NCBI GenBank assembly: GCA_013239625.1
Contig: MU053472.1
Coordinates: forward strand, 682,001-746,000
Length of the DNA: 64,000 nt
Direction of reading: 5' to 3'
Source: Lama guanicoe
Lineage: Eukaryota
Position 1 is the stretch's first letter, and every line of letters begins with the position of its first letter. Both the position numbers and the translations under genes were made by a program. Below, piece after piece: positions 1 through 13,300 of this stretch. The notes under the pieces are model-generated. The model made no database searches and had not been told where the DNA came from. It saw only the letters and a list, made by a program, of their open reading frames with translations.

Positions 1-2722
1 CACCCAATTCTTTTAATTCCTTCTGAATTATATGCCAAAAAAGAAAAAAAAATCACATAGTAATCTACCACCAGGAATTAGTTTTAATGACCTACAGCTG
101 ACAACTCAATTAGGTTCTCCTGCAGTTTGGTTGAGAACAAAGGCCGGGGAGCCACCTGGCCTGCAGGGATCTGGTCCCCAGCCCTCGACCAGGGCTGCTC
201 TCGGTCCCTGCACCAACATTCTGACTGGTCCCACTCAGGGCAATGCCCCAGCTGGAGCAAGGAGGGGCCCACTGTGGAAGGCGAGGCGGCCCCGGGACAG
301 GCGCGCTCTCAGGCAGAGCCACTTCAGGAAAGGGCTGGAAATTGATCCTGAAAGCTCTGTGCCTCCTTTCCCTTCGGGAGACCTCTGCATGCCCCAGGAG
401 GAAACCGAGGCTGAGGGCGTCCTGAGCTGTGTCCCACGCCCAGAAGGTGTGAGAGCTGGTGCCAATGCTCAGGGGGAGGTAAAGGCACCTGAAAAGAAAC
501 AGGGCACGCCCATATCCCTTATCCACCCTAAGGAAGGAAAACAAAACTAAAAATAGAACTAGGGAACGAAAAGCCATCCTGGGACGCAGGGTCAGACTGC
601 CTCCTGCCGCACAGAACGCTTCCCCTGCAGCATCTTTCCTAACCGGGATTTAGCCACGCAGAGAAGCTAAACCATCAATCCTTCAGGTTAACCTTGTCTC
701 CATCCCATTCTCCAGCTTAAGTGTATGGTTTAATACTTGAGGTCCCCTTAAGGCTATGCATAATGAACTTGGTTTTTTTTTTAAAATTTCTGCTCCCTAT
801 CACATTAAGAATTAAGATTTGAATCACTGAGCTCAAGTGCTTTCCCCCCATTTGTTGCCCCTCCCCCATGCTCTTGGCCTCAATGGCCAGTGGGAATGTC
901 CACTGAAGAAAACGTGTTAATGCTGGCATCATGCAGAAGAACCTACAGAGTAATTAACAGGACTTGGACCTAAGGTAGAAGGTCGATGGCAGGGGCTCTT
1001 CCTTGAATTAAAATTTAACTTACCCTTTATTGCAACCTACAAAAGCAAGTAATGAGCACTAACATTTTTATTTCTTTTAAACTGTCATTTAGGCTGTAGA
1101 GGGGATAATTACCTACCTCTAGTGTAGTAAGGTTTTATAACCCTTAGTGAGGCATTTTCTAATTTAATATTTTTACTATATTATCATAAAACCTGTTTCT
1201 GGGAAAAAAATGATCATGGATTAGCAGCCATTTTCCATAAAGACAGAACGCGCGTGTGTGTGTGGTGGGGTGGGGACTAGGATTCAGCTTATTTATTATG
1301 TGATCTTCTGAAGAGACTTAAGTACACACAGTCTGGCCGGCTGTGAGATGCTATATCGCTTGAGTGGCGGGTCAGTTTTCCAGCCCCGAATGAAACGGAG
1401 GTGGACGCGTGTTATGGTGCTGCCCAGCCACGAGCACCTGCAGCCCTCCCTTCAGCTCCACGCGAGCGCTCCTCACCGACAACACAGACCAGTGTCTTCC
1501 ATGCTGTCATCCGGGCAAATGGTACAAAGGAACCCATGAAACTTGCAGATGATCTCTGGGGCTTGCACTTCGCCAGGTCAGGAGTTCGCAGCCTCTGGGA
1601 TAATGACAGACTGTGCCGGCTGCGCCCTGGAACACAGCACTGCACCCCTCTGACTCCAGCCCGGACACCCCTGAGCTGTGCCCTCCTGTCCCTGTAGCCA
1701 AAGGCAGGCAGACAGTGGAGAGAAAGCAGCAAGGCCGCCGCTCCCTAAAAACTTGCACTGCCTCCAAAAGTACATCACAGCCTCTGAGCAAGCATTACAC
1801 ACAGGGGTTCTGAGCCCATCTTCCAGTGGGGACGACATCGCTGCTTCCTGATTAACACTATACACATAATTCGCCCTTGATTAATTTGAGGTTGTTCATT
1901 AGTTGCTTCACGGGGAGAAGGGGATGTCTCCCTAAATATACCAGGCGCATCCCAGAGTGCGCGCTCCCCTCCCCACACACCCAAGGGCCTCGTGCTGAGC
2001 ACAGAAGGGGCTTCTGCGGACTTGATGCCTCACATGGACATTTAAGGATCCGAGGATGACGAAACGCACAAAGGGAAAGTAAGACTAAGAGCTCCAATTC
2101 CTACAGGGCTCGGGTCCAGCAGAACCTCCATCAAACCTGAATCCTTGTGAGTCAGTGCAGACACAGACAGAACAGAAACTCACTGACCGCTGTGGCTGCT
2201 GATGACAGGCGTGCTTTAAAAAATTATTGGTGATGTCCCTGATGCATGCTTTTTCATGTTTGTGTTTTGTAAACAATTTACTTACTAGTGCTGTGGAAGC
2301 TCATACACACGTATTAGACAGCATAACACAAAGGTATGAAAAATTCACAAAACACACCTGAATGCGTATTTGCTCTGTTAGGTTTTACGGGATTACAGAG
2401 ACACGAAGGACACAGCAGAGGCTGAACTGGGACGGTGAATCCTGTCTAGGACAACCCACTCCCCTCGGAGAGATGCGGGAATGCCCTTCCTCCCACTGTG
2501 ACCCCACCACCAGGCCAGGAGCTGAGTCCTCTCCCAGTTACACCTGTTCTCTGGGCGAAAAGAAACCGTTCCCTTCCCTCCGTTCCTGCTATGGCAAAGA
2601 TGGAGTTCTCCTGCCGGCCTGGCTGAGCCCCTGAGCCACCGCCCCCCAGCCCCGGTTTGCCAAGACCCGACAGAACAGCCCGCAGGCCATCCGCGCCCGC
2701 GGGGGGCATCTCAAGCAGCCTC

Positions 2723-2795
2723 CTCCCATGTTCTCGGCACCCCCTCCCGTGTTCTCGGCACCCCCCCCAACCCCGTGTTCGCGGCACACCCTCCC
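2723..2795. repeat. GC-rich minisatellite, about 3 copies of a ~21-nt unit ctccc(a/g)tgttctcggcacccc
   Basis: Direct inspection: units start at 2723 and 2744, with a diverged third copy. Confidence 0.85.
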
Positions 2796-3619
2796 TGTCC
2801 TCGCAAAGCTTTTGCGCTCTCTCTTCTGCCTGCCAGGACGCCCAGGGCAAATGCCACCTGAGCAAGTCATCCTGCCAGTGATCGCCTGGCACATACTAGT
2901 GACGCCAAACCAAGGGGTTCTCCTCACCTACCCCCAGCCATCTGGCTGCTTTGGGGTCTGCTCCCCAAAACACCAGGGACAAAACAGCACCTTCCTTCAT
3001 CTTCCGTTCCTTCTGTGTCCTCTGACCCAAATCCATTCTACTCTGTATCAGAGACTTTACAGGCGAGAGAAGGATTTCTGAGAAGTGTTTCTGTGACCTA
3101 AACAGGGAACTATATCGACCCAGACAGCAGGATCGGAGGCAGAGGGCTCCAGGACTTGGTCCCTCAACAAGCCTGAACTGTGAGGAAGGCAATGCAAGCC
3201 CAGAGACAGGGGTACATCTTGTCAGAAGGGAGCGTTGTTCAGTCACAATGGCAAAAAAATCTTAAGTAGGAAACTCGGAATTCCTGAACGCAGCTGAAAC
3301 GTCAGCACTTCTCTCCCTCACTCGCCTCCCAACATCCCCAGCAACAAAAAGTCAACCACAGGCTTCTTTTCTGAAAAGCCAGCACAGTTTCATACCAAAA
3401 AATAATACATAAAAGATAAAGAAAGGTGAAAAGACAAGAAGGCAACCTTCTCTTACCAAGGACTTATTTCTTAACAGGATCAAGTCAGCAAAGTAAGTGA
3501 CTGCGAGAATGCCCTCACCCGTCACTAATTACCTAAATCCGGATACAAAGCAAATTTCCCATCAGAACCTGTCTGAACCCTTCCCGAGCGCCAAACAGCC
3601 ACCCGCAGCTACCCGAATC

Positions 3620-3638
3620 TGCCGCTAGGTGGCAGTAC
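3620..3638 (+). promoter_or_regulatory. Candidate CTCF binding site
   Basis: tgCCGCTAGGTGGCAGtac is a near-consensus CTCF core (CCRSYAGRKGGCRS) in non-repetitive sequence. Confidence 0.65.
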
Positions 3639-6600
3639 ACGACACGTTTCTAAGTGGTCCAGGCAACTAGCCAGGCTCCCAGCAAACTGTGGCCATAAAT
3701 TTTACCTGGCACTCTGCTCTCATCGCCATCCTCCCCAATGCTTGAAGGAGACTCGAGATGGTCTGTTCCAATTCGCTCTTTTGGTCAGGTCAGAACTAGG
3801 TCCTTCAAACCTCTGCAAATGCTTTTAGCCCTACAGCTTTAAATTACAGATGGTGACATGTGGCCTCTGGCCTGTCTCCTAAAGATCAGACAGACTCAAG
3901 ATTTATAAATGCTCAAAGACGCGGCGGGTTCAGGCCCCAAACAAAGGAACCGAAAGGCTGGGGAAGGGAAGGAGAGGTGAGAGGGAGTGAGGGGTAAATC
4001 TGTAAGGTTTTCTCCCTACGTGCGCTCCCTCCTCGTTCTCAAGTCCGTTACAGATTCACTCCACTTAAACGAGGAAGAAAAAGACTTGAAACTTCCATCA
4101 TCCCTACCACTAGCTTCAAGTCTCTCAAATTCTTTTAAAGAAAAATAATTTACCTTGGTGGACTTGCGAAAAAGAGGAGGGGGGAGCTCTCGTCAAAAGG
4201 GACGTCGCCTCCTCTCCTGTGCATTAATATTCCATGTTCCTGGGATGACTTCCACTTTCACAGTTTGACTGTTTTATAACAGATTTGATGTGAGAGAAGA
4301 CAAATGGCCTCACAAAGGAAAGACGACAAATCATCTCATTGCTTTTAGCAGGGTTTTCTCTTTATTTTTATTTATTTTTACTCTGTGGCTGGGCTGCAGA
4401 GCTCTCTGCCTTGCTGGAGATGTTTAATATTAACGTCAGGCCACCACGATCCTGGCAATAGAGTTGGCCGGCGTGGTGTTTACGGCTTTGTGACTGCTGG
4501 CTTCAGGAAGATGAAGCTCCTTGTTCAAACAGCAGCCCCTCTAACAGCTCCTGTTAAAAGCCAGGGGATGCTTCACTGCTTAGACGTGAATCACTTCCTG
4601 CAGCCGCACGGAAGGTGAGGCTGACACTAAGTTACATTTGTATCCCTATCAAGACTGCTGCCCAACGACCCGGGGCCTGGGGGAGGCGTCTGATGCCTCT
4701 CTCAGCTCCGGTTTCTCGTCTACTTTGAGGAGGGTCAAAACACAGAAATGAGTGAAGGTGTGTTCTGTCAGACCCACAGAGTCTCAGCAGGCATTCCACT
4801 ACTTCTAGTAAGTTGAAGGACTGACTTTACCCAAACCCCCAGCCCTAATCCAAACATGAAAGCAGGAACTCCTGAACACACAAACACAGGGACCGACTGC
4901 AGGGCCTGAGCCTGCAGGGCACACAGATCCTCAGGGGGCCCTCGGAGCAGGCGCTGCCAGCCACAGAAGCCCCCTCTCCCCGCAGGGGGTCACCATCTCC
5001 TGTTCTGTTTCTGCTCCACCCTCTTTGTCTTTTGTATCTTCCTCTCCTTCTCCTGGGGTCTGTTCCCCTCCCTCCTCCCTTCCCCCTCTCTCCCCGCCTC
5101 TCTCTGACACCTGCCCTGGCAAACTCACTGGTGCTCTCGGCTCTGACAATCTCCTCAGCGCAAAGGATGCCACCAGCCCCCCCAGCCGGAGGGCCTGCAT
5201 CCTCACTGAGGCACTGCGTCCAACTAGAATAAGCTGACCACTGGCGACACCAGGCCCGGCAAGGCAAGTCTGTCATCTAGACTACCTTTGTTAATAATGG
5301 TAGAAATCGTTTCCTGTGTCCCACACTTGACCGTTTAATGGCAGGAAGCTACAAACAAAGTTACAGGTATTAATACCACACCTTCTGATTAGGAAACAAA
5401 ATCCACCCTGAGCTAGGGCCCTTGTTTGGACAGTTCACTTACACTATTGATAAAATGCAAATCCATGGCCTCCATCTGTCCATCTTTTTTGGTTTTTAAT
5501 GGTTCCCTCAAAGAACTTCCTCCTCTCCTCTCTAAATCAGAGAGATTTGGAAAAAAGGAGGTTTATCCCAGAAACCTGCCAGGTAACTTTCCCCAGGGGG
5601 CTGACCAGGAGCCCTCAGCTTCTGGATGTCGGCAACAGGGCCACCTCCCCCGCCACCCTCGCTTCACCAACCAGTCACTGAAGTCTGCAGTCTGATGACC
5701 TCGGCCAGTTACACGACTCGTTTTAAAACGCCTGACTGCTAAATGCAAAATGAGTAGTTTGCATTCTGCGCCTGGAAGCTGGGGAGCCTGTCCTGCTGCA
5801 GGGCTGCGCCTCCCGTGCAGGATGGAGAGCAGACCAGAGGCCGAGTGCTGCCAAGTGTGTGTAGGAGAAAATGTGTATTGATTTCTTCTTTCTTATAAAG
5901 GAGCACAAAGCAGTGAAGAACAATTGCTCGTCTTTGCAGCATTTCACATTCCACCCAGACAAAGGCCCAACCCCCACCAGCCTCCCAGGAGCAGAAAGGG
6001 GAACCGCCCGGAGCTGCAGCCACTGGGTGTCAGCGGCCACCAGGTCCACTGTGGGGCTTCCAACCACCCCGGGCCACGAGCGCCTCCCCTGCCTCTGATC
6101 AAGCAATTTCCCTCTCTGGGCTGATGGTTCCTCATCTATATTGGAGAAGAAAGAGCCTTCAGTCTTATTTACCTTTTAAGTGGAGGTGCCCAGAGGGTAA
6201 AAGAGTTAATGTTTATAAAGTGTTCTGCTCCCCAGAGGGAGACAATGGATAAAACACAAGGTGTGGTTATAGCTCATTCAAGACCTCATTTCCAGGGTAG
6301 TTAGTAACAGCTTCCCATTACAAGTGCTCTGCTTCCCGGCACCTCGTACTCGAAGTACAGTGAAGCAATGCCCTTTATCTAAATGTGCTTTTTCAGTTTG
6401 ACACTTAGAACTAACACTAAAAAACCAAAAGGTGACCAGGGACTATTACGCCTCGTTAGTGCACATGCAGGATCCATCCCAGGGCTGTTTTCTTCTTAAC
6501 CTCAACAAACCCTCAACACAGTCCCCAAAAACTGACCTAAAATTGTAACGGGTCATCACAGAGCCTTGTCTGTATACTTTGTTTCCACAGTAACTAACCA

Positions 6601-6984
6601 CTTATACCAGGGCCACCAGAAGCCAAACCCAGGACAGTATTCACAGCCAAGATGGGCAGGAGAAGACCAACAGTATGATACAAAGTTTGTGGTGTACACT
6701 CTTGGACGTGATGGAAATGCAAGAGTTTTCTTGAAAGATCTTTTCCCAGGGTTCATCCTGAGTAAAAAGAACTTAAAAACTCTCTTAAGTAAAGGACCAG
6801 GAAAGCTGAATTCTCTTTATTTCTGGGGCTTTTCCAACATGGCCAAGAGCAAAGAACAAAGTATGAAGCTGGCCCCCAAGCAGTGCAATGTTGGAGCAAG
6901 AAGACAGAGAATCAGGGCACAACCCAGAGGGGAATGCAGTATAGAACATGGCCAGGTACCCAGTGCCGTGGGAACAGAGCAAAG

Positions 6985-7457
6985 CACAGACTTACAACGG
7001 CTCGACTCCAGGTGCTTCGACTTTACGACAGTGCGAGAGCAATACCCACAGAGTAGAAACTGTACTTTGAATTTTGAATTGTGACCTTTTCCCAGGCTAG
7101 TGACCTGTGGCAGACACGCTCTCACAATGATGGACAGTGGCAGCCCCGGCCAGCCGCGCCATCACCAGGGTGAATGACAGACATGCTGACAACCATTCCA
7201 CACCCAACCTTTGTGTTGTTCACTTTCAATACAGTGCTCAACAAATGACATGAGATACTCAACATTTTATTATAAAGCTGGTTTTGTGTCAGATGATTCT
7301 GCCCAACTGTAGGCTAACGTAAGTGTCCGAGCACGTTTAAGGCAGGCAAGGTTCAACCATGATGTCAGTAGGTAAGGTGTACTAAATGCATTTCGACTTA
7401 TAATATTTTCAAGTTTATCAGGATGTAACCCCATTATAAGTCGATAGAAGATGTGTA
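6985..7457 (-). mobile_element. TcMar-Tigger DNA transposon relic (MER47/Tigger5-like)
   Basis: Ends 'gacttacaacggctcgact' and 'ggatgtaaccccattataagtcga...tgtgta'; internal 'agatgattctgcccaactgtaggctaacgtaagtg'. Confidence 0.8.
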
Positions 7458-9190
7458 CAGTAAAGGAGTTAGGTGACTCAGAGATTTCAGGAAAATGGCA
7501 AGAAGCCTTTGTTCATTCACCTTGTAGGACTGTTTGCAAAAATAAGCTTACCAGCAAACTGCTTACAAGCAACAGACTCATAAGCTGAAGGCCACTAAAG
7601 GCATTTCAGACAGAAGAACTACAGCCAACTTTTCTCAGGTTTGCACAGAAATGGGTATGTCTGCGTGGCAGGCAAAGGGACAATGATGTAACAAACATAT
7701 ACACATGTGAAAACATGAATTTTGTTTGTTTAAGTCATTATCTGCACAGACATAATTTAAAATAGTTCTCAGAAACAAAAAATTAAAATTACATTTCATT
7801 CTTAAGAATCAAATGATCAAAAAGGACTATTTTCACTTTCTACAGAAGGGAACTAATAAGGCCGAGAAAGAAGAGTTCTTCAAGGCCACACTGGCTGTGA
7901 GCTGGGGCAGAACCGGTGCTCAAGAATCCGGAGTCAGTTCTCTAGAGAAGGTTGACATCAATTGGGGAAAGACTTCAAACTGTTTTGCAAATAATACTTG
8001 TGTTATACTACATAATAAGGCAGGATACAACTGGAATCAAAACACATTATTCAAAATGTGTGAGCATAAAATCTTGATAATACCGAATACAGGATTGTAG
8101 TAAACATATACATACTGTTCTGACTTATAAATTCAGCATTTTTAGCAAGGAAAAAAAAAACTCTAATAAGTATTTTTGTGAACAGTGTTAAGTATTGTTA
8201 GAGAAGAACAAATGAAATAGGGGTTCAAGGACAAAAGAGCCTCCACCTCAGTGGGGGATGGGAACCTTCAAAGTCTCCTTTAAAGGGCTGGTGTGGGCCA
8301 AGGACTATGGACTTGCAGCAGGAAGGGGCAGAGGTGGGGTTGGGAGGTGGGTAGGGGTGGGGAGATGCTCCAGGTCGAGTGAGCAGAGCTAAGAGACACT
8401 AGTAGGGGAAGCAGAGTGTGTCCCGGGACTCTAGCGGACCGCAGGACAGCACAAAAGGCGTGCACCCTGAACCAGGGGAGGAGGAAAGGCTGCAGGCCTG
8501 GAGTGGTAGGTTCGAGGACAGCTTCCACCCCGCAGGCCACGAGGAATGGTATGTGCTGAGTGATATTTTAGGAAGGTGTAATCTGGCAATGCTGCACAGA
8601 ACTAATTAGATCAGACTGGTGGTTAAGAGGCTGTTAATGTAAGTCTATGTGGGAAGCAAAAAAAAAAAAATCTGGGCTCAAAAAGAAGCAGTAGGAATGG
8701 AAAGGAGAGAACACTGAACAATATATTAAAAGTTCTAAGCAGATTCAAAGTAAGAAAATAAATCAGATGAAACCAATCGGTGAGTAGCTGACGGTGGGGT
8801 ACAGGAGGGCCCACCTAAGCATAAAAGCAATGAAATACATCCAGAAGAAAAATGTGTTATATATTCGATCACATAAAAAGCAAAACTTGTAAGTGACAAG
8901 TAAAAATCATTAACACCAACAGCTAAGCAAAAATGGGAAAATCTACAAAAAATATGAAATATGGTATACAACAACATACAGAATTCATACAAACTGCAAA
9001 TACAAATGATTAATAAACATACAGACTCTTCAATAAGTTACTCTATTAGTAGCTCTTTAATAGGTTACTATTACGTGAGAAAATAAACATTAGATACTTA
9101 GCCCAGTGCTGGCACACTGCAGGTCCTCAGTAAGGTGTCACTGTTAGGAACTCCCCGCATCAGCAAAGGTAAATGACATGCGCCTCACTT

Positions 9191-9265
9191 GGGGAAGGGG
9201 GTGGGGCGCTGATGGGGGTGGGGCAGTGATGGGGTGGGCAGTGATGGGGTGGGCAGTGATGGGGG
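9191..9265 (+). repeat. G-rich tandem repeat (tgatggggtgggcag)n; potential G-quadruplex
   Basis: About 3.5 units and ten G-runs of 3 or more nt within 75 nt. Confidence 0.85.
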
Positions 9266-9561
9266 CTGAGTTAGTTCAGCCCATCACGAATCATTAGAAA
9301 GTTTATGCCTTTGATCCAGGAAATATCCTTCTACTCTTCAGAACCTATTCTAAAGATACAAGCAAAACTTACAACATGGATTCCTATACAAGTATGTTCA
9401 CTGTAGCACTACTTAAAGAGAAATAAAAACAATCAGAAACAACCTAAATGTTCAAGAATAAACAGTCCATAACTTAATATTATAAAGTTAATTAAAATGT
9501 CTTTAAAATACTTAATGGTATTAAAATACTTACAAAGTTAACTGGAAAAGGCGGTTCAAAC

Positions 9562-9583
9562 ATATATATATATATATATATAT
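9562..9583. repeat. (AT)n microsatellite
   Basis: Direct inspection. Confidence 0.9.
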
Positions 9584-10149
9584 CTTTATAAAATACACAC
9601 ACAAAAACATTCCGCAAGAAAATATTAAAGTACTAATAACAGTCAATTCCCAATAGCAGATAACAGGAATTTCCCTTTGTTCCTTTCTGTATTTTCCAAC
9701 TTTTCTTCCATAAGCGCGTTTTGTTTTTATTATAGGGGAAAAATACTGTCTTTACGGGAAGCAGGTGACAGGCCCCGAGTCCAGCAGAAGGAGAACTCTA
9801 AGAGCAAACTGATCGAAAATGCTGGATCAGTTTCCAAAGCTAGTTATGAGGTTAGGGTCTCTGTAATCAGAAGAATGGTGTAACCATAAGAGCAGGTCTG
9901 GAAATTCAGTGACTCACACTAAAATGTGAATGGTTTGAAAAGGCAGAACCTTCCTATATAGACGGCATCTTTATTATAAGAGAAAGAAAAAAATTCTTAA
10001 TCCAGACAAGTTTTCTCCCTCCCCACACAAGTTTTTAATTGAGAGAAAGGCTCTGAGTGTGTGTGGTGGGGCACGGGAGCAGCTTCCCTTGGCACACACT
10101 CCCACGTATTCCTAAGAGCTTGCTGATGTCTTGGAAACAAGGGGCAGGG

Positions 10150-10370
10150 GTTGGCAACCATACTCTTAGATCCAGACACCAGCTCTGCTACTAACTTGCT
10201 ATTTATCTTGGGCAGGTGACTTAACTGCTCTACGCCTCAGCCTTCTTATCCTAAAACACAGATAATGTCAACCACTTTGATGGTTTCTAATAAGGTCTGA
10301 ATGAAAACATACATGAAGAGTTTAGTGCAGTGTCTGGCATACAGTAAATGCTCGGTACGTGGACTATGAA
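10150..10370 (+). mobile_element. MIR SINE
   Basis: 'cagctctgctactaacttgct...cttgggcaggtgacttaactgctctacgcctcag...tagtgcagtgtctggcatacagtaaatgctc'. Confidence 0.8.
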
Positions 10371-13300
10371 GTTATTAGTCTATGTCATTTCATTGCCAAT
10401 CAGAAATAGGGTGGCAGACTTGGGGGGGATGAATCAGAGCAATGGATGAATGCACGTAAAATCTGCATGTCCAAGCAACCCGAGTTGCTCAGTTGGCTCA
10501 GTGATCACTGTGAGAAATGTGTTAATAATGTGTACGGATGACTAATCTAAATTAAGGTGGAAAACATTAACCATTGCCTACCTCCTTGCAAGTTATTTCA
10601 CTGTGACTAATACAGTATTGATAAGATATTATGTTTTAAAAGACAGTAATACAATATAAAAACTTAAAAATAGTAATTCCTTAAGTGAAACATTTACACT
10701 CACTTTAGATAACAAATGTGAACAGTCTCTTTGGGAGAAAAACAGAATTCACAACCCTTTGGAGAAATGATGGAATCTGACTGCAGAAATGAGAACTGTA
10801 GTCAAGAAGCCCCCATTTCGAGGAAAGATTTATCTGTTCAGCAGCTAAATCTCTTTCCAGAAAATGTACTTTCTCTCTCTACAACCTGCTTGGAACCAAG
10901 GCTCAATTTGAGTATGCAAATTCTCTAGAACTGTGTAAGACTGAGCTGAATCAAATCGGGAAATACAAAAGAAACAATAGCAGGGCTTTCTTTTCAACCC
11001 AGTTTTAAAACTCTGGCCCAAGTGTCGGCTTTGAACTTGAGGATGTTTCCTTTGTCCTTCCTGCCACTCCTGGAGGAGGAAGGGCCCCCGGCCTCCAGGC
11101 TTGGGGCTGGACGCCATCTTTAATGATGATACATGGGGTCCCTCCCTCCCCGCCGCTGGGGGGTCAGACGGGTACCGCCGCCTGCCTGAGTAGCAACTAG
11201 AGAATTATAAACTGTGTCGATCTGAGTTAATGCAAAGCTGTAATCCTCTTTAACAAGAGATCAAATCACTGCCATGAGTTATGTTCATTCTGTAATCTGA
11301 TAAGGAAGAGAGGGAACCTCTAATAAAGGAGTAATGGGAGCCTTTAATGACGCTGGGGAAAGGCAGCACTGGGGAGAGCACCACTCCCGCTCCCGCTGAT
11401 CAGATCAATGCAGCATATTTGCGCGGACTTGTTTCACCTGTCAGAACAACCTGTGTCTTTTTAGGAGATAAGAAGCCTCAGAGAAAACATCTGTATCTTA
11501 ACCATCCTCACCTGCAAGTTTTTAACCAACGAAAAGCACTCTGTGGAAGGTATTTCTGGGGTTATTAGCCAATGTGCTCTCAAATGCTGAGCCAACTTCT
11601 TAAGAATATTTCACCATGATTCAGCGTACTATGTCTAATTAAAAAAAAAGTGGGTAAAGTAGGTAATGGGGAATCAAAAATGGTCTAAGTAACCTCTGGG
11701 TTACCAACTCAGGAGAAAGAATATCATCGGTAGGGTGGTAGGACGGGCCCATATTTAGGGTGCAGACCCACACACAAAAATGGCACACCGAAGAGAAACT
11801 GCCTGCACATATCCTATTACACCCAGGCGCCTCGGGAACAACGCGGCAGTGATGCTGACAAAGCACTTCACGGGGCTGGGTTACATTTGTACGTTTCTAA
11901 AACTCCAGATGTAAAACAATAATATATTTGGTGCTTAGCAGTTATCATTAAAGGATCCTTTCCTTGTTCTCTTTAATGCCAGAAGCTTTATAAAAGGAGC
12001 GGGAAAGTGGTCTTTTATTTTGGGAGGGTAGAATGAAAATGAAAATTCTTGCTGTTTCTATTAAGAATTTCTTTAAGTTCTCTGCAAAGGAATGGAGTAC
12101 CTACAAAATGTTGATACTGCTATCATTTTTGTAGTAAGAGAAAAAGCTTAGGAAAATACAGCACAGTACCCTTTCGATGGACAGTACCAGACTCGGGTTT
12201 ATTTTGTCACGGTTCTCTGAAGCAGCAGTTAATGCAAAGCAAACCCCAATTTTCTGAGGCGGGCATCAAGCCGACTGTGGCCTCAGACCCGTTCTGTGCT
12301 CACAACCAAAGCCACGCAACAGACTATGTGGCTCCCACGGCTCCTCTTCCCCAAAGCCAAGGCAGTGGCCAGTTCTGAGGAACTGTCTCAGAAGTCATAC
12401 TCCGAATTCACTTCTACTTGTCACACTAGCTTTGTACTATCTGACCTACATCAACACAACAGATGAAAAAGAACGAACTTCTTTAAAAGCCTGCCTCAGA
12501 GGGGCTTTCAAAACCACAGGCAAAAACCCAGATGATTATCTCCACAACCTACAGAGTCTCCATTTTGTTAGAACCATAATAAGAGATCACCTGAATCACC
12601 ATACTCCCTCTGGTCTTAATAGCACTCCAGGGGGTTCACACCATGTAAAGTAAGCTCTGTTTCTAAATGGACTTAATAAGCTTAGAGTAACTTCAATAGT
12701 CAGAGAAGTGAACAGCAATCCTGTAAACCACGCATGTTAACGCACCGACCTGCTCTTGCAGGTGACGATATGCTGAGAGGGATTCTCTGCCACCAAGGCA
12801 TCAAGCCCTTTGTCCTTCTCAGCCCACTGATGTCTCTACAGCGTCACATGACACTTCGCCCTCTTCACAAAGATGAGTCTGAAGGGCAAACAGGAGCTGC
12901 TCTGGGAGCTGTGCTGCCCGGGGCCACGAGTACCTGAGGGTCCAGGAAAGCCAGTGACCATCTTTAGACGCCTCGTAATCTCCTTCCTTGCATGCAAGCA
13001 CGTACCAGAGCAGCAAAATGGGATTTCTCTTCTTTCCTCCCAGTGCAGGGAGTGTTCACCAGGCCTGCAGTACCAGCCACCTGCCCACCTCACGGTGCGG
13101 TAAAGACCTACTGGACCGGCACATATGAAGTGTCAGGAGTTCTGTGTGACTTTCACTGACAAAGGAGGCCTGAAGGCCTGTAAAGGCGTTTAAATCAGTA
13201 TCCAAAGTTTACCTAGATAGACATGCCCCTGAGGGGAAATTTGGTAACAAAGGAGCAAACGGGGCTACTTTGCATTTTAAAAAGTTAAAAAAAAATAAGA

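Larger units (their letters stand above)
8760..9725 (+). mobile_element. Degenerate L1ME-type 3' relic (interrupted by a MIR-like piece and a G-rich tandem repeat)
   Basis: 'tgcctttgatccaggaaa...tatgttcactgtagcact...aatcagaaacaacctaaatgttc...tctgtattttccaacttttcttccataagc'. Confidence 0.6.

Noticed and set aside
32..577. Overlapping ORFs of 155-172 aa on both strands
   Set aside because: No recognisable protein or AATF terminal-exon peptide; GC-rich intron yields long ORFs by chance.
6566..7084. 172-aa + strand ORF
   Set aside because: Non-ATG start, no recognisable domain, and it runs into a Tigger relic.
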